DNA of 64,000 nucleotides from Enoplolaimus lenunculus (Eukaryota). Location of the stretch: positions 1-64,000 of the forward strand of contig JASANG010000266.1 of the NCBI GenBank assembly GCA_030248215.1. The letters are read 5' to 3'. The notes below the pieces were generated by a model, which was not told where the DNA came from, made no database searches, and was given only the letters and a program-made list of their open reading frames with translations. This document shows, one piece after another, positions 51,901 through 64,000 of the stretch. The first letter of the stretch is position 1. Each line of letters opens with the position of its first letter. The translations under genes were made by a program, and so were the position numbers.

Positions 51901-54900
51901 AAACAATTTATTCAGATTCCTCGTACCTACAAACCCTTTAGCGCTGAAATTATATTGCTTTCTATTAGCTAACTACTCAATTATTGGTTTTAGACGTTTG
52001 TAAACAATTTATTCAGATTCCCCTCGCACCTAAAAACCCTTTAGTGCTGAAATTATATTGCTTTTAACCTTAATAATTAGTGAAATATTGTAAAAAGTCC
52101 TAATTTTGGCTTATAAACTATGCTAATATGCCAATTATCTATTAGCTAACTAATCAATTATCCGTTTTGGAGTTTGTAAACAGTCTACGCAGATTCCTCG
52201 CACCCAAAAACCCTTTAATGCTAAAAAAAGATGGCTTCTAACTGTAATAATTAGTGAAATATTGTGGTGGAAAGTCCTAATTTAGGCTTAATTAATTACG
52301 GAAATTAGCCTGTAGCTACTAAACGGCTTGAAATTTTCAAACCCCAATGCGAGGTTAACACCCCAGGATAATGGGCTTTCAAACAAAAAAAGTTTATCAA
52401 AATCGGTTCAGCCGTTCCTGAGATTCTTTTCGGACGGACAGACGGACATCCACCTTTCGACCCGCAAGTACAAAACATAAAACGCTTCGCGAAACTCCGA
52501 GCTTCGCTCAATAATCTGTTAACCGAAATCCAGTGTTGTAAGTAGCTATCGAACTAAGTTTTAAACAAAATTTTTACGCTTATATTTCTTTATTTTGCAA
52601 AGCTGAGTTAAATGGTAATAAATTTTCTGTAATGAGACGTGTAACTAACGAGTTATGGTCAAATAATGTTCAAAAATTCAAATTTCGGCGTGGAATGAAC
52701 ACGAGAAGTCGTGAGAAGCTCAAATATGCAAAAATTTTCATAATCCAACCATTTTTGGGCAAACGCCGGCTGGAGGGAAGATCGAAAACACCCGGTTGAC
52801 CTAGGCAAATACTGATTAGTCTGAAACAAATAGCAGATTGGACTACGATATATATGCTAAATATAACATATAGTGTACGTAGCGTAAACCAAACTGAAAT
52901 TAAACACAAAATAATAACTTGCATAAACAAAAGATTAATAGAAGTGTTCGAAGCTTACAGCCTTACAAAAGAAGACAGTTAAAAGTAAAATGCTGCAGGA
53001 CACAAATCCCTTCAAAACCCAGCCGTAAAATTACAGTCTTATATCATCAACTCATTCATTACCTTTGTGAATCTAACGTTATGCGCTGCTGACCCGCTTT
53101 CGCAACCAGTTGCCGACAGATTACGAAACCTATATTCATAAAAACGTGTAGTCAATTTTCGTAACCTTAAAGGTGGCTCTTTTGTGAGAAAGATACTTAA
53201 ATTCCCGAATAGAAGTCGGCCGCCTGGCGCCTAAACACCAAGCTATTCAGCCCCATCGAAAAAATTTTGGTCCTCCGGCAAAAAAAGCAAGTTGTTTTGA
53301 CCCTGTTTGTAAACGATGTAAATTTCAAACATAGCTTTCTTTGAAATTTGCATGCCCCGCGCCACAAATATACTAGGTTATTGACCTTGTCACATAAAAT
53401 ACCACTGAACAGCACGAATAAAACTACGATTACTGAGATCTTTCCTGTTAATAAGTACTTTAGATAAAATATTTTCACAGCTATACTACAAAAACTATAA
53501 AATAAAAACATAAGTTTTCGCAGTGCAAAAATTAACGGATCCAAGGGCACCCAGATCTAGGCCGCGCAACAAAGACCAAAACCAATATTTTGTGTTAAAA
53601 TTTAGCATTAAAACAGCGTTTCGCCTCTAGCTCGCATCGTCCGACTGCTTTTTCCTGTCATATCAAGTGTGGCTCACCTTTTAGAACGTTGTGGATCCGT
53701 CACTGTGTGTGTAAATAAAATAAAATCATGCAAATTCTGACTCATCATGTTTCACCCGGACTCGTGCGTCATCCATAAGCCATACGCAAGGGTTTAAAAC
53801 ATTTGACTAAGGTTTAGGGCACCGTCTTCCAATGTTGACTGCGTAAAAGAAAACGGGCCTCTGTAAACCCGTGGTCACAGGAACACCGAGACCGCTGTGT
53901 TACCGCAACACCCAGTGCGTTAAAATTTCACGTTGTATTGCACCGCAGTGCAGTGGCAACTCATTCAGCTCCTAGTACCGAATGTTTTCGGATATTCTCG
54001 CGCCCCGCGGTCGTAGTTCGCCCAGACATGGTCCGATTTTGAAATTTTGCATATTTGAGCTTTTCATAGACCTCTCATGAACGTTTCACAACCAAACTTG
54101 TGATAATGACAAGATCAAACATGCAAAAAATAAATTTGCAAAATCGGACTATTTTTGGGCGAACGCCTACCGCGGAGGGGGGTCGAATATGTAAAGGAAA
54201 AAAACTACAACGTAACAGTATATACATGCAGGCAAAAATACCACGTCAAAGCCAAAAAAAAAACTAAAGAAAAATAGCAAAGAAAAAATATACGTACTCG
54301 TTTTCCAACGCAAGTAACTGTGACGGATGTATGCCGCCAAGAATTGGAGCAGTAGCGCCAGGATTAGTCGACGTGGAATACAATTTAGTAGCCGCCGCAA
54401 CGATGTGATGGTGAATACTTTCTAAAACGGTTAAACAAGTGTGTAAGCTCGTAGCCAGCTTAACCTGCTATGGAGTAAGCCAATTTCAGTCTAGTCTTGT
54501 GGTTGAAATAACAAGCTTACAAGCGGAGCTAAAGCTTTACTGTGGGGAAAGGCAAAAAAAATTTATTAGGTGCTGAGCGCACCCAGCCTAGCTGCCTAGC
54601 CTTTGGTTACGGGCTCGAACAAGAGTCTTGGCCGCATACACACTTACACGTGAAGGCCTCCTGCCACTCCTATACCCATTTCCTACCGTAATGCAGAAAT
54701 TCATTAGCTACTGTAACCCAATCCTCCAAAGGTAATACAAACTTCTTACTGGTCAGACAACTTCAGCGGCGCTAAAAAGGAAGGGGTGACCGGCCAAAGG
54801 CATTGCGCCCATAAGCTTTGGCACATTGCATCCCTAAACTTTGGCAAGGAATTGAGAAAAATTTAAAATGCGTGCCGCGTGGATTAGAACCAATTCCCCT

Positions 54901-57900
54901 GAATAAAGAACACGCACCATCCGCCCTGAACAACCTGAACCTGTTACCAAATCTTCCCTGCCTCAGACATGAGGTTTGAAACGAGTACGCTATTTATCGC
55001 CTATATATTTCTAGCTGGAACTAAAAGTGCGCTACAAAGCGAATTTATAATCACTGAATCTAAATGATTAGTCGCCCGATAATGTCCGAAGCGTAAGCAT
55101 TAAGTATACTTCAAACAATATAGCCAAACCTTAGCCTGCGCACAATGATAGACGACAATTTGTCGTGTCGCCGAATTTTGGATTGTTGTGACAACAGAGT
55201 CGCCACAAGCAAAAAATATTGCTTGCATAAATACAAAGTGTTTTACGCAACAATTTTACTACTAACCAGCAGTAGCGCCAAGCGGAACGCCACCAGGACC
55301 CAGTAGTACACCCGCAGCAAGCCGTCCAGAGCCTTTTTGAACATTTTTGACCCATTTCATAAGCGTGCGATCAGGCGGTTTAGCCCATTCACCTCGAACT
55401 TCAACGCCGTCAATTGTTAAACCTTCATTGATTAATAAATTTAAATTTAACACAGATCGGATCAATGTTGTCAAATGTGTACAGCATCTATCACCACCTG
55501 ATGACTGGTTTACAAACTCAACAACTCCTGCAGCTGCGACTTCTTTCAAACTTGGCACAGGAGTAGGGCAATTCAAATCTGAAAAATTCACTGATTTTCG
55601 AAGCTCGTCATTTTACTGAATCGAAAGTGACAAGACATATCATCAACTGGTGATAGATACGTAGGTGATATACAGTATATGATGCGTACACATATTGACA
55701 TTCGTTTGAGGATACGAGCATGGTTTTGGGATATGCTTTTAAAATATGATTGATATAGATATATAAATAACAACCTGTACTTTGATTAATCAAATTCGTT
55801 CGGAATTTTATTTGGTTTATGACGCATTCAAGTGGCCGAAACATACTCATTAACATTTATGGACTCTAATTAAAGATTTTGGACTTTATCCAAATACAGA
55901 CTATAATTAGGGATATATAGACATCTATTGACTGGCATTCATCTTAAGTCTAAAACCTATTCTATTGCCACGTTTTAGCCTAAGCCTAAGCGTAAATCTA
56001 TGGCCCAAGTCAAGTCTAAGCTTAACTGCTCCAGCATCAGCCTTAGCTTGTTAGACACGGTATATATTAGGTCCAGGGTGCAACCGGAATTCCGGTTCTG
56101 TTTCCGGTAATTTTTCCAAATTCCTGTTCCGCAAAATTGTGGGTTGCGCCCTGATTCGCTCCTAAGCGCGGATCTCATATGAGCAACCCAGGATTAAACC
56201 GTAATTTCTGTTCCGGGCGGAATTCCTACAAAAAATCGATTCATGTTCCTGTTGCGGCAAATTTTATTTCCTGTTGTAACCCTGAAGCGCCGCTATACCT
56301 TGTTTAATGCGTTCCATTATCCGCTCAGCATCAGATCGTCGATAAAAATGAACAAACGCAAAATCTTTAATCTTTTTCACACGCTCAATGCCGCCTGGAC
56401 ACACCGTATTGAACACTGCGCGTACGTCTTCTTCTGGTGTTCGTAGCAGTAAATTGGCGATGTACAAATTTTTCACCTGCAAACACTATTCAATGCTAAA
56501 CAATTCGGATTAGTTGGCGGTGGCACTCATAGTCGGACTAATGCGATAGGTCTTTCTTAAGATAAAAATAGCAAACGCGTTAACAATAGTTCAATAAAAG
56601 CTTTGCTTTCACTAGAAAGTAATTGTTAGTGTTTCAATAAAATTTTCACAAAATCAGACCATTTTAGCTGCTGCCAATATTGCTCAAGCTTGGCAAGGCA
56701 ATCTGATGCAACTACTATTCATAGCAGATGGCTGATACACTGAAAAAAATCTAAAGTAGTCTTTAACAAAAGGAGTAAGCCTAAACCCAAAGTGATTATA
56801 ACTATAACCCATTGAGTGTTGGTGCGTGAAATAACCAAAAGCTTAGCGGTAGCGCAGCATTCAATGCCGGGTCAGACAATTTTTGACGAAACGGGGAAGT
56901 CACGCAATATATAATAGTAAAAACTTACGAGCGAAGCGAGCGACAGAAGCTGATCACAATTTTAAATCTAAATGTTTAAACAAAATTTTTCATTTCTGAT
57001 TCCTCGTTGAGGGACTAAGCCCATTGGATCCGCCAGTGTAGCATCTGAAGTTTGTTCAAACCTGCTCGCACTACTGTAATTATCGCCTAGCGCAATTAGT
57101 GTTCACTGAACGCTCTTTATCAATAAACCTAAGCATATCGCAAACCCCAACACAGAAACAACGCATGAAAGAACCAAAAACACATGGTTCATCACAATGA
57201 CCAGGGTGCAACCGGAATTACAATTTACCGGAACCGGAACCGGAACCGGAATTTGAAAATTTTACCGGAACCGGAATTTGAAAATTTTACCGGAACCGGA
57301 ACCGGAACCGGAAAGTGAAAAATGCATTTCACCAAAAATTTCATTTTAATCTTATTTTTTGCTCTATTATTTGTGAAATAACCTTAGTCGAACATAGGTA
57401 TTTATTTTATTTGTTGTATTTTAGATTTTCGTCGTCGACTGAAGTGAAATCCACCATCAATGGCTTATATTCGGAATACAAGTGGCTTTCTAAAGAGATT
57501 CTTAAAGATTAGCAAAGTTAAAAAAACGGCCAAATTATAACACCGGAATTTTTAAATCCGGTAAAAATTTACCGGAACCGGAACCGGAACCGGAAGGTGA
57601 AAAAATGCCGGAACCGGAACCGGAACCGGAATTCCGGTTGCACCCTGACAATGACCTATAGCCATCACTTCTTTTTACTTACCCGCAACATTGTATCATC
57701 ATCGAGTTCAGCTTCCGGTTCCGCCCAATCGACTGCGATTAACTGTCCCCAAAGAAGGACTTTACCCGGTACCAGTTTGCGACGTGCCATTGCCGCGGAA
57801 CGATGTGAATCGTACTCAACGAATGCGAATCCACGATTTTTTGTTTTATCATGAACCGACGGTTTTAGAATTACATCGAGTACGCCTTCGGTTATTATTG

Positions 57901-60667
57901 ACATTTCCGTCTAAAATTCAAACACTAAACCAGTCCCGTAACCATGAATTGTTTGTAGAGAACGCAAAAAGAGAACCAGAAGTGACAAGAATGTCCCAAT
58001 TTAGAAATTTTGTAGTCTGAAAATATTTCGGAACAGGGGAGTCGAAGCTGTTCAGTTTGTCGTCGCACCCTGCTGGCAGCCCTCCCCCATAGTTGCGGCC
58101 ATGAATCGAAGCGTTTTGTAGGCAACAAGACATTTCGATTTTAACTTGAGCCTAAGCTTATACTTTGGCTTCGCCGTACCCAAAGGATTAAGGCTTAGGC
58201 TTATGATTACACATATGTAAGGATGGACTGGCTGTCCGGCCTACCGCGCAAAGGCCCGGATGGAATTTGGGCCATTCACCAAAGTAAAAATCTTGATCAT
58301 GGAATAGTTTTTAAATAACAGTAAATGGCGGATCGGTTTAGATCAAAATGCCAGGGCTGACTTTAGTGTCATTGCAGTACTGGGCCAATTTAAGCCTTGT
58401 CCTGGGCCTAAGCCGAAGCGTAAATGCGGCAAAATGTAACATAGCCAGATATTAGTTTGACCAAATCAAAACGTTACGTAATACAATTATTGAACATTAT
58501 TAAATACTGATAGCAACCAACAAAGAGAGCGCAGTCACCCGTCTTTAGCTTAAGCCTCAAAAATTTAATAATGAATATCAAACGAGATCAGATCGTATAA
58601 CACGCGTCGTACCATACAACTTTTTATTAAAAATTACCGCACGCCACCGAGAACCAACTCACGCCAACAAATAGATTTTGCCTGTATTTTTGATAACAAC
58701 GCATAACGGCGTACGCCTTAAGCGCCTTAGGCTTCCGGCACCGTATCGCACGACGCAACCCTTTATCTCAAACCTCACTCAGCTGCCTTTAATTCGACAC
58801 CTTATAGTATACAAAATGTTTACCTATTATTTATAAATTTAATAATCAAAATTAAATAAATAACAAACAAAAACTACGTACCAAAACTTCTTGTTTGGTC
58901 TTATGCCTTGGAATACCTCCAATAAACAGTCGACAGTTATCAACACTGAGCATAACACCTATGACATGACCTTTACGAATTTCAAACTGATTGAGCATGC
59001 TATAAAACTCATATTCAAATACCCAGGGACCTTTTGACAAAGAATATATCCCATGATCGAAGTTTGTGGAGACAAGAAATAAAGTGCTTTTTTATTTAGT
59101 ACGGTTTCGAATAACGTTTTACAAATCCTAAACGTTGAAAATGTTTTACACGAGATTATCATCCCGAGACAAAACATAAAATATTAGCTTACGCCAGTGC
59201 CTAAACAAACTTCTGGATACGGATTTGAAGCAATTTTTGAAGTGCAGCCGCTGCCGCCACTTGAGCTTCAAAGTCAAATGTTTGTTTAGCGAATCGATGG
59301 TGACTCAAGCAAACGGCTTCAGCCCTTATATTGTGAAGCCCAAATTCCAGATACCGCAACAACCCCGCAAACAGGAATCGACAGTGGAAAACCACACTTC
59401 GGTCGGGCAAAGAAAGTTTTCCTAACAAAGAATTCTTTTAATCCATAGACAAAAATTTCCGTCAGGACAGGACGGTTGACGAAGATGTTTGTAAGAGACA
59501 AATTGTCCCCACGCCCATCCGTAGTTGCAGCCTGATACAACTAAATCTGTCAACGCATAGTGCAGTATTATACATGTTTCAGCTATTTTATTCATTTGTT
59601 TCACTTGCATGAAATATAAATCAAACAAACCATATCAACTCGTTTAAATTTAACAAATTTATGTGTAAAAATTTTGTATTTGAGACCCTTCTTGGTAAAA
59701 ATTCCGGCTTCAATTATCGCAATACGGGCTCGTAGACAAAGGAGGGCCAAGAGGACTCAGCCCCCCCCCCAAAAAAACTTTGCCCCCCCCCCGTGCGAAA
59801 TTTTCAACCTTGATTGTAACACATCGAAAACCCATGTATGTCCCACTTGAAAAATTTTTAGCCCCCAAGCAAGGTGAGCTGACGACGCGCCTATCACTAT
59901 AACATTAAGGCATCGACTTACTCAATAGCCCGTTGCGCGTCCTTAGCATTTGTGTAGCGAACGTATGCGAATCCGCGGTTTGAACCCGAAAAATCCATCA
60001 TAAGACGGAATTCATAAATTGGCCCTGGTTCAGAGAATACAGGAACCAGTTCGTCTTCGACCATGTCTCGTGGAATTTTGCCTAAAACCATTTTTCTGTT
60101 AACCGAATTATTGCGCACCACAAAATCCAATTGGCTAAAATCCAAAACGGGAAGGTGATATATATAATCTTAAGCAAATAACAGTAAAAACGGTCTTACG
60201 AACAATCGTACGACATTTGAAAGTCTTTTTGCGAGCGTATGCAACGCAATCAGTGAAAAAACAATTAGTTTCGGCAGGTAATTTAACAGCCTGTAACAGT
60301 GCTTTTCTCGAGGAGTTTTTCTAAACATTTATGGCGATATATCTTCCCTCTCCACCCATACACCTCTGATGACGACAACGGCAGCGTGAAATCATTCACA
60401 CAGAACAGTAGTACTGACACCATCAAAATATACCAGCTTATAGGATTGTTTTCTAAAAAATCCGTTTAAAACACACACCGCCAATCTGTAAACAACTTCC
60501 GGTTCTGTTACACATTTATTGTGCTTTATTTTCAGAAGCATTTTTCTTTACTATCAAAGAACACACAATTGAGCACAATTTAGTAAAATGTGCACTCACC
60601 AACAAATATTTCTGTTCCTTTACCAGGCAGCGGCCCGGTCCAACCAGGCGGAGGCCCACCATATATT
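42992..60667 (-). CDS. A1CF/RBM46/RBM47-like (hnRNP R/Q family) RNA-binding protein: 3 RRMs, dsRBD-like domain, low-complexity tail; 5'-partial
   Basis: Minus-strand exons with consistent phases: 60600-60667 ([23 protein letters not shown]), 59922-60081 ([30 protein letters not shown]), 58882-58999 ([13 protein letters not shown]), 57683-57910 ([32 protein letters not shown]), 56299-56476 ([23 protein letters not shown]), 55267-55422 ([13 protein letters not shown]), 54298-54421, 53063-53129, 50944-51111 ([17 protein letters not shown]), 50329-50497 ([15 protein letters not shown]), 46681-47847, 44637-44999, 42992-43170 (stop TAA). The RRM exons are secure; exons after the dsRBD rest only on splice signals and frame. 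No start exon was found in the window. Confidence 0.88.
43411..43570. mobile_element. hAT-type MITE, C(A/G)GGCCCGTAGCC family
   Basis: CGGGCCCGTAGCCA...TGGCTACGGGCCTG, TSD ACTCAGTG/TCTCAGTG. Related copies at ~46430-46600, ~54448-54617 and ~59727-59892. Confidence 0.8.
43629..43904. mobile_element. MITE with TGTCGTAGG(T/C)CAATCTGCTATTC TIRs
   Basis: Long terminal inverted repeats. Second copy at 49155-49451; fragments near 12425 and 52830. Confidence 0.78.
48625..48850. mobile_element. MITE carrying degenerate (GCCTAA)n telomere-like repeats
   Basis: GCCCATGTATAGAACA...TTGTTGTATACATGGGTC ends; ~110 bp of GCCTAA/GCCTAC/GCGTAA variants. Confidence 0.75.
49155..49451. mobile_element. MITE with TGTCGTAGG TIRs (second copy)
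   Basis: TATATGTCGTAGGTCAATCTGCTATTC...AGCAGATGGGCCTACGACATATA. Confidence 0.78.
49795..50199. mobile_element. hAT-type MITE, CCGGAA family
   Basis: Perfect CAGGGTGCAACCGGAATT TIRs, 8-bp TSD ATTTGAAC. Inserted at the start of a 20-bp tandem repeat (50200-50265). Confidence 0.92.
51411..51586. mobile_element. MITE carrying TTAGGC repeats
   Basis: TIR GGCCCATGTTACTTTAAGG/CCTTAAAGTAACATTGGCC; internal CTTAGGCTTAGGCTTAGGC and TTAGGCTTAGGAATACGCTTAATCTACTGT. Confidence 0.8.
51787..52514 (-). mobile_element. DINE-1/Helentron-like non-autonomous element (HINE)
   Basis: 16-bp subterminal inverted repeats TTATTGAGCGAAGCTC (51808-51823) and GAGCTTCGCTCAATAA (52499-52514); terminal stem-loop GTAGT-GGG-ACTAC; (GGAC/AGAC)n microsatellite at 52431-52447; central tandem repeats. 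Fragments at ~6910-7020, ~10800-11015, ~19915-20024 and ~63910-64000. Confidence 0.75.
57202..57647. mobile_element. hAT-type MITE, CCGGAA family
   Basis: Perfect TIRs, 8-bp TSD ACAATGAC, expanded (CCGGAA)n. Its right end is 35 bp from the RRM2 exon donor. Confidence 0.92.
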
Positions 60668-60994
60668 CTATAAAAAGTATATATACATATATACAGAGCT
60701 TATGCAACATAAATAATAACTAGTAATCGTGCAACTTTTATAATGTAACAACAAGTTTGGCTACTTTTCACAGACCAGTTCCACACCGGAATTGTCAATG
60801 CGCAAAATCGTGTATAAAGCAACACTGTCCTATCGTTTTACCAAAGAACAATTCTTTGCACTAAACGCCTTTCCGTTTTAATTGCTACTTGAAAATGCCA
60901 CAATGTCTGCTAACTACGGTTTTAGCTTAACATGAATAATATACTGCAACCTAAAGAAGTTAATCTAGATAGAGTTCCTCTTATTATCTGTATG

Positions 60995-61212
60995 TATATA
61001 GTAACAAAATTGACTGTGTTCCAAGATCGTTATATAGTTCCAATAACGCTGGAAACTTGCCCAAAATACGCATGTGGGGCGTTCCAGCTTTAATATATAG
61101 GTGTATGTCTATAGTAACAAAATTTATTGTGTTCCAAGATCGTTATGTAGTTCCAATAACGCAGGAAACTTGCCCAAAATACGTATGAGGGACGTTCCAG
61201 CTTTAATATAGA
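60995..61212. repeat. Tandem duplication of ~112 bp
   Basis: TATAGTAACAAAATT...GTTCCAGCTTTAATATA occurs twice with a few substitutions. Confidence 0.8.
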
Positions 61213-61309
61213 TGTAAAGAATGAATTCGGAAACAAAACAAAAGATTATACTACACAGAAAATCAGATTAAACTTTTTTCAATAAAAAACCTGAATACAT
61301 TGCAGAGAT

Positions 61310-61475
61310 ATCCCGGGGTCAGGATTTTACCAGGGGCCGGGGCCGGTGACAGAATTTTACCAGGGGCCGGGGCTGGTGCCAGAATTTTACCAGTGGCCGG
61401 GGCCGGTGCCAGAATTTTACCAGTGGCCGAGGCCGGTGCCAGAATTTTACCAGGGACCGGGGCCGGGGCCAGCAA
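61310..61475. repeat. 30-bp GC-rich minisatellite, ~5 copies
   Basis: Unit AGAATTTTACCAG(G/T)GGCCGGGGCCGGTGCC. Confidence 0.9.
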
Positions 61476-62828
61476 AATACACTCAAAACCTGTCTTAGAC
61501 AAAATGCGTAACGTAGCTGTTTTATTATTCTACTTATCCGAAAAAGTACCTGAGCAGACGGAGTGGTGACCTTTAATTGAAGCTCAAGCGCTTTGTGAGA
61601 ATTTTAAATACGTACTTATACTGCAGTAATGTACACTGCGCATTGTTTATAATTCCATCTACCTACCTCTATACAGATTGCGTTGAGTTGCTAATAGTCT
61701 ACTGTCTACTGCTCTACGTGAGAAGAAATCAGCGAGTATTTGCAAAATTATCCAATTTTGGGGCATGTAGGCATCGGAGTATCGGCCTCGGCAAATCTCA
61801 GTGATTGGCAGGTCTCGGTCTCGGTCTCGTTTTTTTGAGTTTCGGTGGTTTGAAACCGAGACCAGAAATCGAGGATTCGTATGGCTCCATTGTTGAAGTA
61901 AGTGAAGCCTAAATGCCTGATGGATAAAATTTCGCTGCTAATCCGCAATCTTCACAGTGACGCATTCATTATTAGCAGATATTCCGAAAAACACAAAAAA
62001 CTGCACGAAAAAAGCTGCATTAAAAATAATTGATTTTGACAAATTTTAATTTTTTTACGTTACAACTGCAGCATTCAAGATCATCTGGACGGCGAAGGGC
62101 CGGCCTTTAACCAGCATAAACGGCTCCGCTCCGACGCCAATGTTACCTATTCAAAGTTACTCGCCGTAATGAATTGGCGTAGTGACTAGACCTTTAGCCT
62201 CCGAGTTCGAAGCAGCAGGCGTCTAGACGTATATAACTGAAATCACGAACATTTGGACGTGGAAGCGCCTTAAACTACCTCAAAACGACCTCTGTAGTAA
62301 AAGACACCTATGCTATATTACTACTAATATCAAAATTTGTCTGGCGTTGACTTTTTAGCCTCTAATCGGGCTTCCTACGCTTTATATAACTGCAATCCAC
62401 AATGGCTGGACAGTGAAAGGCCTTAAACGACATAAAAACGACCCCTTAGCTCAAAATTACTTTTGCGCCGATTGATCGGCATCGGTGTATTGACACTTTT
62501 CGTGCGGTTCGGCTTCGGCACAGCAAAAAATTGCCGATTCTTTGCAGGTACTTTTTGCACATAACAGTCAGTAGTTGGAATGCTACCAATTTCATTTCTA
62601 AGAGCATGGTATCGATCGGCATCGGTCGGGTCGGCAACGGTAAAATTTGATAATAAGAATCAGCATCGGCAATAATTTTGGTATCGACACAACACTAGTC
62701 AAAATCACTTATCTTATGTTACTCCCCATAAAAAATTGGACAATAATGCATACATAAAAACGATACATTCATACATATATACATTCATTCATACATACAT
62801 GCATACATATATACATATATACATACAT

Positions 62829-62888
62829 CAGGGTGCAACTGGAATTCCGTTTCCTGTTCCGGTAAATTGTAATTCCGGTTGCACCCTG
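62829..62888. mobile_element. 60-bp internally deleted CCGGAA-family MITE in an (ACAT)n microsatellite
   Basis: CAGGGTGCAACTGGAATT...AATTCCGGTTGCACCCTG flanked by ACATACAT on both sides. Confidence 0.85.
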
Positions 62889-63221
62889 ACATACATATAC
62901 ACATACATACATGCACAAACAGAAACATGCATACATGCAAAAGAAATTTTTTTATATGAAACATGATCAAAGTGACTATCAGGAACCAAGACAATTCACC
63001 ACAGGACAACTCGTAGACCCAGACAGCTCATCGCACAGACCAGTCATAGTGGAACAGAACTATAGGTATTGAACGAAGCTGGGACATAACTTGCTTTTTA
63101 ATAGGGATGTGTCGATACCAAAATTTTTGCCGATACTAATTCTAATTTTGAAATTTTGAAATTTTGCCGATGCCGATTTCAAATTTAGTACACCATGGTT
63201 AATAAACAGATAGGATACTAC

Positions 63222-63598
63222 CAGGGTGCAACCGGAATTCCGGTTCCGGTTCCGGCATTTTTTCACCTTCCGGTTCCGGTTCCGGTAAATTTTTACCGGA
63301 TTTAAAAATTCCGGTGTTATAATTTGGCCGTTTAAGAATCTCTTTTGAAAGCCACTTGTACTCAGAATATAAGCCGTTGATGGTGGATTTCACTTCAGTC
63401 GACGACGAAAATCTAAAATACAACAAATAAAATAAATACCTGTGTTCGACTAAGGTTGTTTCACAAATAATAGAGCAAAAAATACGATAAAAATGAAATT
63501 TTTGGTGAAATGCATTTTTCATTTTCCGGTTCCGGTTCCGGTTCCGGTAAAATTTTCAAATTCCGGTTCCGGTAAATTGTAATTCCGGTTGCACCCTG
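63222..63598. mobile_element. hAT-type MITE, CCGGAA family, nested in a GCCGAT-family MITE (63102-63900)
   Basis: Perfect TIRs, TSD GATACTAC/AATACTAC. The flanks rejoin into an element like 16724-17093. Confidence 0.88.
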
Positions 63599-64000
63599 AA
63601 TACTACACTATATGAAGAGTTGAGTCCTACATATCATAAACGATTATAATTTTACAGGAACGGTTCATTTCAATTAATGTTTTAAACACAAACGCGAGAG
63701 ATAACAGTGTTCCTGACTAGACACACGGATATGCGCCCAGAAATGAGTTTGATACCATTCCAACTGACTGTTATGTGCAAAAGGAGTATCGGCAAAGAAT
63801 CGGCAATTTTTTGCAGTGCTGATGCCGATGCCAATACTTACGAAAAGTGCCGATTATTGATTATTACCGATGACTATGCTGATTAATCGGCACATCTCTA
63901 TTTTAATAACCCCAATGCGAGGTAACACCACAGGATAATAAGCTTTCAGACAAAAAAAGTTAATCGAAATCTGTTCAGCGATTCCTGAGATTGCCGTAGG

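Noticed and set aside
61263..61569. APAPGKIL / GAGARILP repeat ORFs on both strands
   Set aside because: Products of a stop-free 30-bp minisatellite; no splice or homology support.
60700..64000. Search for the start exon(s) of the RNA-binding protein
   Set aside because: I found no convincing exon ending in an NGQR-like motif with a phase-2 donor; the 5' end is probably outside the window.

Overview
Eukaryotic (animal), AT-rich, intron-rich genomic DNA. It is most likely from a nematode or close relative, because degenerate TTAGGC telomere-type repeats occur and several splice acceptors resemble TTTCAG; this taxon is an inference. There are two convergent protein genes. On the + strand is a complete clathrin heavy chain gene (34 exons, 6698-33095, 1678 aa by my hand assembly). 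On the - strand is an A1CF/RBM46/RBM47/hnRNP-R-Q-family RNA-binding protein gene (3 RRMs, a dsRBD-like domain and a long Q/N- and P-rich tail; stop at 42992; 5' end not found in the window). A canonical tRNA-Glu(CTC) lies between them. The first 6.5 kb is an alternating-orientation array of a ~1-kb unit with an atypical tRNA-like gene (CGA anticodon, no long variable arm) in one spacer. Introns and intergenic DNA hold several hAT-type MITE families (8-bp TSDs), a MITE carrying TTAGGC-like repeats, DINE-1/Helentron-like elements, a tRNA-derived SINE and a decayed RNase H-containing non-LTR retrotransposon. Most short ORFs in the track are repeat or antisense artefacts. All coordinates and splice models were read by eye.
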